Source of the DNA: Eledone cirrhosa
Lineage: Eukaryota
Assembly: GCA_964016885.1 (NCBI GenBank)
Contig: OZ024740.1
Location: 80,414,001 to 80,478,000, forward strand
DNA length: 64,000 nucleotides
Direction: 5' to 3'
The first letter of the stretch is position 1. Every line of letters starts with the position of its first letter. A program made the position numbers and the translations under genes. Positions 1-12,441 of this stretch are shown in pieces. A model generated the notes under the pieces. The model was not told where the DNA came from. It did no database searches and saw nothing but the letters and a program-made list of their open reading frames with translations.

Positions 1-285
1 ACACAGAAAATAGAGTACCTTTTTCGATCAAGGAGGAATCCCCCCCCCCCCACAACAGACTAATGGAGGAGTTTGAAAATGAGATGATTAACATCATCTC
101 AAACTTCAAATTCTCCGAAAACCCACCCAGAAGTCAGGAGTACCTCATTACAGTACTTAAAGAGAGTGCCGGATTACAGTACTTAAACAGACAACTGGAA
201 TACTTGTCCATGCTGACAAAACCAACAACCTCTACAACATGGACACTGAACTGTATAATAAGCTAATTCTCAGGGAACTGAGGAA

Positions 286-2470
286 GTGCTACAAAAAACA
301 CCTGGATTTACCCTGGATGAGATCAATGCCACAGTTTACAGGATTATATCTGTACTCGGCATACAGGACAGGACGGCCCCATACCAACCAAGAAAGCCAC
401 GGATTGCCCTTAAATATCACAAGCCAAACTTTGACTCCAACCTCCCTGTCAGACTAATAGCGCCCTCCAGATCTGACCTAGGGATCGTCAGTAAAAGAAT
501 ACTAGATAGGATTTTGCCCAAGCTTCGGAAAAAAACTAGATTACAGCAATGGTCATGCACGGAAGAGGTAATAGAATGGTTTAAGATAATACATGAGTAA
601 AGTAAGACCAGCTTTATCCAACTGGATATCGCAGGCTACTACTCCTCAGTCTCACCCATAGTACTCAATAAGGCTCTACTTCTAGCGATGTCCAATACGG
701 ACCTAACCCGAGAGGAGTGAGCATCATCCACGCCGCAAGCAAGACCTTAATCCGTTTCGAAGGGGACCTTTGGACCAGGAGTGATTGGCTAAATAACTTT
801 GACATCACGATGGGCTCCAGCGACTCAGCACAGGTAACAGACCTGGTTGGGCTCTTCCTGCTGAAGCAGATAAAAGATGAAATGCCCTGCCTGGGCGGCG
901 GATTATATCGTGACGATGCTCTCTTCACAGTATTTGACCAAGCACCACTAAGTTGGAGGGAATGAGGAGGCGTATTCGGCATTTCTTTAAGAACCAGGGG
1001 CTCAGTATCGAACTAGACCCAAAGAGAAAGGTAGTTAACTTCCTAGACACCACCCTAAACCTGAACACCGAGCAATACTACCCCTACCACAAGCCCAACA
1101 AGAAACTTGTGTATGTTAACGCCAAGTCAAACCACCCTAGATCCATAACCAAGGCCGTCGTGAAGAGTGTCTCGGACAGGATCTCCAGCCTGTCCGCTAA
1201 TAAGAACATCTTTGATAACAACGCGGAATATTACAATGCAGCTCTAAATAAGGCGGCATATGGCCAAAATATAACATATAGTCCGAAACGCCATGATGGG
1301 AATGGCCCTACGGACACCCACACTCGCATTGTCCGGGAGGAGGCGAACCCTAACAATACAGGCAGAACAGAAACAAATAAGCACCATGAGCCCGACAGCA
1401 CTTCACGCGCGATGGTGACGAGTACCCTTAACCATGAGATGAAACCCAATATGAGTAGCAGTCTTAGGGGTGATGATAACCACCCCGGGTCCGACGACCC
1501 CAACCGCAGGACACGTGGGGGGGGGGGGTAATGGTGGACCACCCCACAGTGGATCTTCCAGCGCGGGCAACGACTACGCCACAGATTCGGGCCGTGGAGA
1601 TAGCTAAACGCATAGCGCCCAAAGGGGAAACAACAATGCAGGACCTACTAGCAACCCAACAACTCTCCAACAACTCACGACGCCCCCAACCCACCCATAT
1701 AGTAGTAGACGCAGAAAAATCACGTGGTACAACGCATCCTACTCAGCCGCCCTAAAGAACAGCTTGGCCCGATCACTCTTTGGGGCACTTGATAAATGCT
1801 TCCCGAGGGACTATAGATACCACAAGATCTTCAACAGACACACTGTGAAGCTCTCGTTTTCCACCACGAAAAATCTGGCCCAACACATAGCTAGCATCAA
1901 CAGGAGTAGGCTTAAAAAACACACACAACCAGAAGATGGCAATATAAGCACCCAGCAGAACCATGTGGAAGGAAGGAGGGGGGACCTAGTGCCCACCCAA
2001 GAAACTCAAACAGACCCGGGGACCCCCCACCGTGCTCGGGGGAAGATCACCATGCAACACATAACGAGAACCCCACACTAGGCATGGAGAGGTCGACCAC
2101 CCTCTGCAACTGCAGAAACCCGAAAACCTAATATACGGATGTAGGGTTAAAACCCCCCAACTCCGAACACCTCTACATAGGAGCCACATCAACGAGCTTT
2201 AAAGACCGTTGGTATAACCATCGCCATTCCTTCAACAAGGAGGCCAAAAGGAAAAGTACGGCTCTTTCCGACCTGATTTGGAAGCTGAAGCTGGACAGGA
2301 CCCCGTACTCTATGGCCTGGTCCATAATCAGGAAGGTACCACCCGATAAAGGGAGATCTGGCATATGCAAACTATGTCTGACCGAGACCCTCGAGATACT
2401 AAGAGGTGGGAGCCGCCTGATAAACCTCAGAACTGACTTCTTCGGGACATGCAGACACCTCAGGGCGGGA
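286..2470 (+). pseudogene. PLE reverse transcriptase/GIY-YIG polyprotein, disrupted
   Basis: ORFs 286..600, 717..965, 953..1531, 1764..2081 and 2312.. are consecutive pieces separated by stops and frameshifts; the YRDD catalytic motif is present. Confidence 0.88.
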
Positions 2471-3789
2471 CCTTCCTCAAGCTATATGGACAGTAGCAAG
2501 ACACTGAGATGTGAACTCCCCTCAAGCTGTAGAGACTTCTCCAGAACATGTAGACACCTCTCGGCCAGACCTCCCTCAAGCTATATGGGCAGTAACAACA
2601 CCATAGGTTGGGAACTCCCCTCAAGCCATAGGGACCCACCCAGGCGGAGCAAACACCATGATAGCCTAGAGATTGATTCTGACACAACCTTTCTAATTTG
2701 GACAACACACACATATTTTATTTTACTTGATTTTTCATTGATTTTTCATTGATTTTTCATTTGTTTTGTTTTCACCTCATTGCCTTATATTTAAGTTGAG
2801 AATGGTTATAACACACACACTTTTTATTTAATTATCTTATTTCGTTTTATTCTTTTACCATCTTGTTCCTCCTACCACTTTATCCAACATCTTTCTGACC
2901 CTGAGATTGGTTATAGCACACACACATTTTATTTTATTTGAATCTTCACTTCTATTTTCCACTTTCCATTCTCATATTTCATTTTTCATTTTTCAATTTC
3001 CATTTTTATTTTTCATTTCTCATCTTTCATTTTTCATTAATTAATTTTTCATTTATTTTCTATTTATTATTTATTTTCTGTTTTCTTCATTTTATTGCCT
3101 TCTATTTCTTCATATACATGGCAGACCCCCCCCCCACCGCCACAAGAGATGGTGGCAGGATGAATGAAGAAACACACACAGATGCTTATAAATGTCAGCA
3201 GCAGCAAGACATAGGCTGACCAAAACACCAACAACACTACCAAATTAAGGGTAGAGGTCAGATGTACTTAACAATAGCAAAACCAAACACTACAGGGAAC
3301 CTCACCTCAGAAAGAATTTCTATAGACTTTTGACTGAGGAATGCTCTCAAAACTGACCAATGGGAGGAGGGAACTTACACATTTTTATAACATTGAGATT
3401 GGGTATAACACACACACATTTTATTTGATTATTTTATTTGGTTCCTCTACCACCTTATTCCTTCTACCACTTTATAATTTTTTTGAGCTGACTCTAACAC
3501 CAACACCACTACCAACATAAGAGTAGATCAGATATACTTAGCAATAACAAGAAAAACCACTACAGATGGCCTTGCCTCAGAATGAATTTCTATAGAATTC
3601 TGACTGAAGAATGTTCTCACAACTGACCAATGAGAGATGTCCTTTGACACTGAAATTCGTTTGTTTAAATTCATATGATTCCAGTTCCTCAATGAAACAA
3701 CAACTCAACCAGGAACTGGGCATATCAGAGTATTGACAAAGTTAAACACCTCAACAACATGTGTACTCGTCTCTACCACACTAATTCGG

Positions 3790-3844
3790 ACTGCTTGAAG
3801 AGGTCACAACCAAAGATGGCTGTCACCGAAATATATATAGCAGT
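3790..3844 (+). ncRNA. Type I minimal hammerhead ribozyme (U3.G8 core) at the 3' end of PLE copy 1
   Basis: actgc TTGAAGA ggtcaca..tgtcacc GAAA t-atat-a TA gcagt. Stem I actgc/gcagt, stem II ggt/acc, palindromic minimal stem III. Confidence 0.75.
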
Positions 3845-3868
3845 AATAAACGAAGCCAAATTATTTTA

Positions 3869-3904
<36 letters not shown>

Positions 3905-3909
<5 letters not shown>

Positions 3910-4165
3910 GTTGAAAAGGTAACACCCTAGAGAGAGATACAGTGCGCTATCAATAAAACAGGGAAAAACCAGCAGTGTATGGAATATATAACCTATGAAA
4001 GGCAGAGTATACACACGATAAAAAAAATATAAATTAAAGCGTAAATAAATACCTCTATAACTATATAACACACGTACAAATCCAAAGTGATCTGTTTCGC
4101 CAGTAAGTTGTTGACAGAAATGAAATAACCCCGGTTCATCAGCGTGTGTAAGGCTATACATTTCA
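3905..4165 (-). mobile_element. Non-autonomous HHR element fragment, same family as 22293-22930
   Basis: Reverse complement aligns with 22575-22837; abuts (TA)n. Confidence 0.8.
4068..4149 (-). ncRNA. Type I hammerhead ribozyme
   Basis: Minus strand: acacacg CTGATGA accgg..ctggc GAAA cagatc..gatttg TA cgtgtgt. Confidence 0.8.
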
Positions 4166-4196
4166 CTAAGATAATTTTTTAAGCGACCGTCCGTTT

Positions 4197-4601
4197 TACG
4201 AGGGGTGTTGATTTTGTATTTTATGTAAATAAATAGGTAGTTAAAATTATGTATTTATATATTTGAATATCTTGTTAAGCTTTGAGAATGTTTTAAATAA
4301 TGTAATAAGTTTTTATGATTGAGAAAGTAAAGATAACTCCAATTTTGTTTGTTAATCGATAAATCTTTTAAGAATTAATTATTTAGTCGAAAGAAACGTA
4401 ATTGTTAAACATCACCTTGAATTGGATATATTTTCCTAATGTCAGTTAAAGGTTATTAATCTACGTTTAAAAATAGCTTTAGAGGGTGTCATTGGAAAAA
4501 TATAATGTAAGAATTAAAGAATTAAAAAATTAAAATTAAAATTATATAGATATACATAAATGTATATAAATATCTATACACACACACACACATATATATA
4601 A

Positions 4602-4667
<66 letters not shown>

Positions 4668-5272
4668 AAATACATTTTTGCTGAAATGTGAAAGTACTAC
4701 AAATATTAGAGATATTACAATATAGAGATATATATGAAAATATTAGAAATTTAAATTGTTAAAGAAAATAGGATCATTTTGAAGATTTATAGGAATATTA
4801 TAAATTACACATAGTTCAGAATGTAGAATTTTGGCGATGTCTGCAAGAAGAAAATAATTCTGTCCTGAGATTAATAGAGTTTTGACAATTAATTATATAA
4901 AAAATTTCTTCAATACACAATTTTGATACAGCCACATTTCGGTACGCAGGTGCTTTCGAAACCGTTTTCCAAGATATTGCATAGTCTATATTCTTGCTTT
5001 TTAAGTTCCATATAAGATGTTAGGAAAATGTATCCTATTCAAGACGATGTTTAAACATTCACATTTCTTTCGACTAAATAATTAATTAATCTCACACTAA
5101 CTCTTAAAAAAATGTATCGATTAACAAACAAAATTAGAGTTAACTTTACTTTCTCAATCATATAAACATTATTTAAAACATTCTCAAAGCCGAACAAGAT
5201 ATTCAAATATATAAATTCATAATTTTAACTACCTATTTATTTACATAAAATACAAAATCAACGTCCCTCGTA
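4197..5272. mobile_element. Non-autonomous element with ~200-bp terminal inverted repeats (MITE/foldback-like)
   Basis: 4197-4397 (tacgaggggtgttgattttgtattttatg..tttagtcgaaagaaa) is the imperfect reverse complement of 5064-5272. The interior is AT-rich with (TA)n and no ORF. Confidence 0.7.
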
Positions 5273-5352
5273 ATTAATATTATAAACAATCACCTAAAAC
5301 TTGAACTATCTATTTATTTATCCCAATCCCACCGAAAAAACTTTACCTTCGG

Positions 5353-7432
5353 ATGCTCACGCAAAAAATCGATCTATTTGCGAAAAGACGTAGATGGAGA
5401 ACTTTTTTCTATGACAGATATTGCGACAACCAAGACTTCGGCACCAAGGAGAGATTCGGATTTATTACCTACAAATCTCCGCCCCTGAACCCCTTGCTCG
5501 CACCCTTCGAGAATGACCTCTTCCAACTGGTCAAGAACATTAAATTTAAACCCAGACACAACCGATTCCTACAAAAACTCCGTAGCAACTTAACAGAGTA
5601 TGATAACACAAATTACATCATGGTGCATTCGGATAAAACTGGGAACCTATACTTTGTCAACCCTGACAGATACCACACACTGATCAGGAGCAGCCTAAAC
5701 TCCACCTATAAAAAGGCCAACCACTCTTGCATCGAGGACATAAATCGAGATGGACAACAAATCACCTCCAGCCTCGGGGTCGCCGACCGCACGGAACCTC
5801 TAGACCCACGGACACCATACTTCACACTGAAGGACCATAAATCCGATTTTGACCGTAAACCCTCTATCAGGCTTATTAAACCCAACGAAGTCCGACATAG
5901 GGAGAATCAGCAAAAAAATCCTAGACCGCGTCAAGCAACACACCCGACTTAGCCTATGGATCAACACCCAGGAAGTAATCTCCTGGTTCAGCAATATGGA
6001 GGATAAACGAGAAACTAAATTCATACAGTTCGACATAGAGAGCTACTATGCTTCAATCACCTTACCGCTACTTACTGCCGCCTTGGACTTCGCCGAAACA
6101 CTTGTGCCCATCACCGACCAGGAAAGAAAAATCATCCTCCACGCCAGGAAGACAGTCTTACTCTTTGACGACTCTAAATGGATAAAAAGAGCTCCCGACT
6201 CACCCTTCGACGTCAGAATGGGCGCCACGGATTCGGCGGAGGTCACAGATCTTATAGGATTATTCCTAATAGCCAAACTCACTGATATGTTTCCTGCATT
6301 CGGTGGTGGATTGTACCTTGATGATGGGCTCCTTACCCTTAAAGGGTACAACCCCAGTAGTACAGATCGGGTCCGGAAACAATTAATCAGATTCTTCCGC
6401 GACTGGGGATTTAAAATAACCCTACAAACGTCCCTGACCCGAGTAAACTTCCTGGACGTGACCCTCGACCTCGAAAACGACCTGTACTACCCATACAGGA
6501 AACCTAATGACAATCTGCACTACATCCACCGCCGATCAAACCATCCTAGGAACATCACAAACAACCTGGTCAAAAACATCTCCCTCCGCATATCCCGTTT
6601 GTCAGCTAATGAGCGGATATTCGATGAACATGCGCCTTATTACAACCAGGCCCTCAAGCGGAGTGGTTTCCGGGAGGAAATATCCTACTGTCCAGCTCCC
6701 ATTAGCGGAACCAGCAGGAGACACCGCCGCTCACGCAATGTAACATGGTTCAATCCTCCCCACAACGCAGAGGTGACAACTCCCATCGGGAAACTATTCT
6801 TTAGGCTCATTGAAAAACACTTCCCATTACAACACCGCTACCACAACATAATTAACAAAAATACCATCAAACTCTCTTACAGCACTACACCAAACTTCGC
6901 ACAAAACATCGTCTCCTCTAACAACAAAAAACTCAACCCCGATGGCAGAAATAACCTAAATAGCAGTGGAGAACCGACCAGGAGGTGTAACTGCCCGGAT
7001 AGATCTATTTGCCCACTCGACAATAGATGCAGAGACCGTAATGTGATCTACCAGTGCAACGTGAGGACGGATACCTCCAACAAAGCCTATATAGGACTTA
7101 CCGCATGTGACTTCAAGACCCGGCTATACCAACATAGACATACCTTCCGAAACCCGGCCCGGCGTCACGCCACTACACTTTCGGGCCACATATGGGACCT
7201 CAAGGACAACAACATCACCTATGATCTCACTTGGAGATTACTGTCCAGAGCCAATTCTTACACGGGAGGACGCCGTCCGTGCAATTTATGCTCGGAGGAA
7301 ACTTTACAAATGTTGTTTTCGACGGACCAACTCCTAAACAAGAAAGATGAACTGGTCACTGCATGTAAACATAGATTGCGTAGGACTTACCTCGCCCTCA
7401 AACCCCATAATGACCCGGGGGGGGGGGGGTAG
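5353..7432 (+). pseudogene. PLE RT-GIY-YIG protein with one frameshift near 5880
   Basis: 5353..5952 (SDKTGN, YFTLKDHKSDF..RLI) continues into 5849..7432: FIQFDIESYY, MGATDSAEV, GLYLDDGL, VNFLDVTLDL, linker CNCPDRSICPLDNRC, VIYQC..YIGLT..FKTRLYQH, CNLCSEE, CKH. Confidence 0.92.
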
Positions 7433-8539
7433 ACTAGGGCTATAACACCCCACTTGCCGATTTTGCAATGGGTAACCCCTGCTTGCCAAGGAAGACGTAA
7501 GATCTTCTTTGTATTCTTTTATCGCTTCCTTTATTTCCTTCCCCCCTCTCTCCTTAGTCCTTCTACCCCAGCTCTTCTCCTTTGTCGGCGTCTTTTCTCG
7601 CCCACCCGAGGCTGCCCTTTGGCCCCATGTAGCCTTAGTACCCCACCACCCCCTCCCCTAGTCTATGATAGATTTGGCGGACTCCGCCCTTTATAGCAGT
7701 TGGCTTAGACCCCGGATACTTGCCCCCTTTTTCCGACCGCTCCCACTATTCTCGGTGCCCTCTATATTTCTTAGTGGCACTTATGCCTAATTTTTTCGTT
7801 TCAGTATTTCTTGCTTCGCTTTTCTTCTGGGCGGTGTGGATTCTGAATTTATTTCTCCGTATTCTACCTTTATTTCGTACGAACTTTCATGTAGCTTGTT
7901 TTAGATCTTTTAGAGTTAGCATTAGTATATATTTTTCTCGGGACTCAGAATTATTATCTCGTACAAGTTCACTTTGCTGCATTGGGTCGTTGCTGGCCCG
8001 GGATGGAAACCTTTATTGTTTATTTCGTGGTAGTCTCTTTAGTATTTTGGCCCCTTTTGTTGACCCGTCACCGCATCATTTACGTACTTATACCTCTTAA
8101 AAGGGTCCTTGCCTATTTCGTCCCACCTAGTTCTTTTACTTATTTCGTTATTTCTTTATTTATTTCTTTCTTTACTTCTTTCTTTCTTTCTTTATTTTAT
8201 TCTAGCCTAACAATAGCCTGAGACCTAGGTCGTAGAATTTAATTTACTTTAATTTTTTCTTTACACTTATTTGCTTTTCTTCACTCTCAGTACTTTTTCT
8301 TTCCTATTTCTACCCCCCATTGTTCTACCTACCGTTCCGACTTCCTCCCCCTCCCCCTCCCCTGTATCTTCTTTGACCTCATGCCCAGCTGTAGCTGGCA
8401 CTACCAACGCTGGATTGGGACTACTCCACCCCCTCCCCTCTTTCTCCTACTGGCAGGTTTAGCCACCATCTCCCCTACTAATTTGCAACCACAGAATTAC
8501 TACTGATTTTTGACAATCACTTTGACCATATATGGAATT

Positions 8540-8633
8540 ACCCCTTGAGAAGATCGGCTATTTAAATACCAGGATAAATTTTCATTTAGTCCAGAATTAG
8601 CCGTCGAAACGGCTTGAGCTCAGCTGTCGGGGT
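8540..8633 (+). ncRNA. Type I hammerhead ribozyme with U3-A8 core, in the pseudo-LTR of PLE copy 2
   Basis: acccc TTGAGAA gatcggcta..tagccgtc GAAA cggc-ttgagctca-gctg TC ggggt. GUC cleavage triplet; palindromic TGAGCTCA in stem-loop III. Confidence 0.8.
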
Positions 8634-8643
8634 CTTACTGGTT

Positions 8644-8692
<49 letters not shown>

Positions 8693-8767
8693 TCTAAAAA
8701 CAAATAACGAAACGAAATTAAATTTCGTTTCGCTTCTAACTCACTTTTGTATGACTGACGCTTAAAC

Positions 8768-9215
8768 AATTAAGTTAAAGTGTACATCTACATATGTATA
8801 CGGAAGTATTAGTATGCATATAAATACACACATGTATACATATGTACATGTACTGAGTTTTTCACTAGACACTTTACAGTGAGTGTCAGCTAGTCTGTAT
8901 GTAACCACACAGACGGACCGGGTTTTAGAGTCATACGAGTTTTCAAGGAAACACATTTCCTCTATTCTCCAGAGAGCCAGACAGGAATATTGGACTAGTT
9001 TCGATGTTATTACATCTCATCAGCAATATTTACCCATCTTCCGGCTTCTCTGGAGAATTGTAAAAGCACATATCGTTATATGCTTTTTCTATAGCTGACA
9101 CTCACTGTAAAGTGTCTAGTGAAAAACTCAGTACATGTACATATGTATACATGTGTGTATTTATATGCATACTAATACTTCCGTATACATATGTAGATGT
9201 ACACTTTAACTTAAT
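8768..9215. mobile_element. Non-autonomous element with ~125-bp inverted arms and a central HHR
   Basis: 8768-8893 is the reverse complement of 9091-9215; lies between (TA)n tracts. Confidence 0.8.
8986..9030 (-). ncRNA. Minimal type I hammerhead ribozyme, canonical core
   Basis: Minus strand: aatattg CTGATGA gatgt aata acatc GAAA ctag TC caatatt. Perfect 7-bp stem I, 5-bp stem II, palindromic CTAG stem III. Confidence 0.9.
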
Positions 9216-9239
9216 TATATATATTCTTATTTTTACATA

Positions 9240-9284
<45 letters not shown>

Positions 9285-9338
9285 GTAAAAATAAGAATAT
9301 ATATACATATATGCATAGAGATACAGACGCAGGCACAT

Positions 9339-9424
<86 letters not shown>

Positions 9425-9489
9425 AGAGAGAGAGAGACGTAAATTCCCGATCCTGACGCCAAGTGGTTTCAGCTATATATACATATATG

Positions 9490-9692
9490 AGTCCCGCCTT
9501 CAATCGGAGATAAACATAGTTAGGAAAGTACTCAATACATTAGTAGAGTGGAAACATCATATTTAATACAGAAATGGATTCTACATGACTAGATGTACTT
9601 CTTTCAAAATACATTATCTGGAAGGCTTTCCTATTGATTTCTTTTGAATGAATCAGTTCTAGTCCTGTTGGAGCCATTACTCTATTAAATAG
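9490..9692. mobile_element. Decayed inverted pseudo-LTR pair, family of 27253/29468/35245
   Basis: Shares gtactcaatacat and gaatga(a)..cagttctagtcctg with those copies; the HHR core is mutated. Confidence 0.6.
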
Positions 9693-10149
9693 GATTTACA
9701 CATACATACATCCATACTTACATAAATACATATAAATATATATATATATAAATTATATATATATATGTGCGTATGTGGTTGTGTTTCTGTACGATTGCTT
9801 CATCTTGTCATATGATTTCTACCTCATTATTTTGTGTTCAATCAAACTCTGTTCAATGTCATACACCTATGTGTCATACGATGACTTTTATAATCCGGTA
9901 ATTATTTGTGTAAGTTCGTGAAGAAACCACTGAATCTCTACAGGATACATTACGTGTGTGTTTGGAATAGTATTCTTGTACATGTATCTTTGCAGTTAAA
10001 GTTGGGACTTAAGCACTTAGTTTCATAACACAGAAGTAGTGTTTTAAGGAAGTGGAGGCAAAGCATTCGTACTCGTAGATTGTTCGTGTTAGTACATGTA
10101 TAATTTCACTTAAGAAATTTAGTCTGCTTTCGAAAAACGAACATATCTA

Positions 10150-10268
10150 TTGGCGGAAGAGATGAGCGGAGGAGATAGGCGAAAACATAGGCGGAAGTGA
10201 TAGACCTAATATACAGGCGGAAGTTATAGATAGATAGATAAATAGCTGATGAATTACTGGAAGTGTTA
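10150..10268 (+). promoter_or_regulatory. Cluster of ETS-like GGCGGAAG(T) motifs; possible host promoter
   Basis: ggcggaaga (10152), ggcggaagt (10190, 10216) and tggaagtg (10258) in otherwise AT-rich DNA. Confidence 0.3.
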
Positions 10269-10580
10269 CGTTTGTACATCCACCGTCAACATTAAACATA
10301 GAAATATTATCTTTTAGAATCATCTATCATCACAAGTATTTTAAGATTTAGTTTTAATTTTATACAATTTAATATCTATAACAGCGTTCAATATATACAT
10401 TTATAAACTTAATTAATATATTCTGGTACATTAAAATATTTCTAATGGCCTGTAATGTCCTTTTGTATAATAAATAGTAGACGTCCTACAAGCCATTTAA
10501 TGATATTGAATTAATATAGAAACTAAACTGGACGTGGTTTATACTAGAAATACCAATATTAATTAGTTTATTTTTTGCAG

Positions 10581-10682
10581 GATTATCCAATGCAGCAAAA
10601 CATTTATTTTTACATTTCTTCTGTAAAGAAATCTAATGATTTTATAAGGAAAGCAGGCAAACGTAGATTCAAGTTTTCCTTG
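10581..10682 (+). CDS. Candidate 102-bp host exon of an unknown gene
   Basis: Acceptor ttttttgcag, donor TG|gtaaga, open frame DYPMQQNIYFYISSVKKSNDFIRKAGKRRFKFSL. No recognised homology. Confidence 0.3.
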
Positions 10683-11255
10683 GTAAGAAAACAAAAATCA
10701 TAATTTTACTAGCAAGACATGCTGGCATGAAATAATCTATTTAGAAAGAAACAGCATAATTGGAGAAAAAATGAAATAATGAATATTGTAAATTTTCTCA
10801 TAGAGAGAGATAATTTTTAATATACAAGATTAGATTATTATATTTGTTTTTTAGATTATTATATTATATTATTTATTATTTTATTATCCAGTCAATATGC
10901 TGTCGTGTTCAAATGTCGATCATTGTTTACTTAATTTTCTTCTAAAAGTTTATCTTAAATGTTTCCATGTGTAGCTAAGATCAACATTATTTTCAAATTA
11001 AGGAATAACATAAGCACATAATTTACAATCAAAACATTGTGTTTTCTTTTCTTTATGTCAGTAAAACTGAAAGAATGAGTATCTGGTTAAAGTGTTGTCT
11101 TCGCAATCTCGTGATTTTCGGTTCAGTTCCACTCCTTGTGTACACGAGTAAGTGTTTTCTTCTATAGAGGAATGCCTTATAAGTACAAAATGGTGATCAA
11201 ACCGTAAGTGGAAGCCCGTCTCGGTATACACGTACATAATATATAGTAGTAATAA

Positions 11256-11450
11256 TGGCTTCTGATTTAAGCATAAAGCCAACAATGTTTTTTGTTGGAG
11301 GGGGGGGGGGGTCATTTACTCGACCCCAGGGCGTTACTTTATCGTAAGGATGAAAGGCAAAGCTAACATCGGTTGGATTTCAACACAGATCGTAAAGGGA
11401 GTAACTATATACCACAAAACATATTTTCCGAACTGCCAATCCACCGCCCT
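11256..11450 (-). mobile_element. tRNA-derived SINE, decayed
   Basis: gtaaggatgaaaggcaaag..ggatttcaac..ctgccaatccaccgcc is the reverse complement of the family at 44891. Confidence 0.75.
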
Positions 11451-11558
11451 TATATACAGTAGTAATAATAAATACAAAGACCAAAATCCTGAAATTGTTT
11501 GCTTAAATTTTAATCTGGGCTAATATATATAATCCATGCTAAACGGTGATGATGATAA

Positions 11559-11634
<76 letters not shown>

Positions 11635-11638
<4 letters not shown>

Positions 11639-11925
11639 AAAAAGAGATGAAATCGAAAATGCAACTGCAGTCTTATTTTTTTTTAAAATATATATATTTA
11701 TTTGGTTCATTTACCGGTTTCGCAGTTCTTCTGCTTTTCAAAAGTAGAGTTGAGATGGAGGGTCTGTAGTTTTTCTCACATGTGAGAAAAACCACAGACC
11801 CTCCATCTCAACTCTACTTTTGAAAAGCAGAAGAACTGCGAAACGGTAAATGAACCAAATAAATATATATATTTAAAAAAAAAATAAGACTCCAGTTGCA
11901 TTTTTGATTTCATCTCTTTTTCTTT
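11635..11925. mobile_element. Near-perfect ~290-bp palindrome of a pseudo-LTR end with HHR-like motif (U3-A8 core, weak stem I)
   Basis: Centred on tctcacatgtgaga (~11780). TTGAAAA gcag aagaa ctgc GAAA (c)cgg TA at 11820-11848, with the mirror copy at ~11710-11741. Flanked by (TA)n. Confidence 0.75.
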
Positions 11926-12009
11926 AGACTTTCACTCGTGTAGGACACCTCGGTTATTTTTCAATTTGTAAAAAAATCCTCACTTTCTAATATATATATA
12001 TATATATAT

Positions 12010-12441
12010 ACACGTGAAAAAGTAAATAAAGGAGAACAAACCGTTAAAACATGTTTATTTAAAATAGCTCCTACGTACGTTTCGCCCGAATGGACTTCTC
12101 AAGGGCATAAACAACTAAAAAGCGTTCCTTACATGACCCGAAATGGGTTTTTAGAAATAAGTTCACGTAGTAGTAACGGATAAAAAAATACTCCGGAAAA
12201 GACTGCTCTAACACCGGCTAGAGTTATCTCCCTTGACCTACTGCAAAATCAATACATTTTTTTTTTACGAAGAATGAACTCTGACGTGAACTTATTTCTA
12301 AAAACCCATTCCGAGTCATGTAAGGAACGCTTTTTAGTTGTTTATGCCCTTGAGAAGCCCATTCGGGCGAAACGTACGTAGGTGCAATTTTAAATAAACA
12401 TGTTTTAACGGTTTGTTCTTTTTTATTTACTTCTCCACGTG
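12010..12441. mobile_element. Inverted pair (~158-bp arms) of an HHR-bearing element
   Basis: 12011-12168 is the reverse complement of 12284-12441; starts at (TA)n. Confidence 0.8.
12345..12386 (+). ncRNA. Minimal hammerhead ribozyme with U3-A8 core (mirror copy on minus strand ~12067-12107)
   Basis: tgccc TTGAGAA gccc attc gggc GAAA cgtacg TA ggtgca. Palindromic stem III CGTACG. Confidence 0.75.

Larger units (their letters stand above)
1..3870 (+). mobile_element. Degenerate Penelope-like retroelement (PLE) copy 1, running off the 5' window edge; RT + GIY-YIG, long repetitive 3' region, terminal HHR, ends in (TA)n
   Basis: Frameshifted ORF pieces: RLIAPSRSDLGIVSKRILDR, FDITMGSSDSAQVTDLVG, GGGLYRDDAL, VNFLDTTLNL, YVNAKSNHP, KIFNRHTVKLSFS, WSIIRK..CKLCLTE. 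All are colinear with the 5849..7432 protein. HHR at 3790; (TA)n from 3871. Confidence 0.9.
5290..8647 (+). mobile_element. Near full-length Penelope-like element copy 2 (Hydra-clade-like); pyrimidine-rich 3' UTR, HHR, ends in (TA)n
   Basis: RT + GIY-YIG ORF, ~1.1-kb 3' region, HHR at 8540-8633, (TA)n from 8647. Confidence 0.92.

Noticed and set aside
2660-3425. Spaced repeats gagattggttataacacacacac resembling a CRISPR array
   Set aside because: Irregular spacing, low-complexity spacers, eukaryotic PLE 3' region and no cas genes.
5353-7432. Naiad-type (selenoprotein) PLE
   Set aside because: The endonuclease is C-terminal, no in-frame TGA pattern was seen, and HHRs are present.
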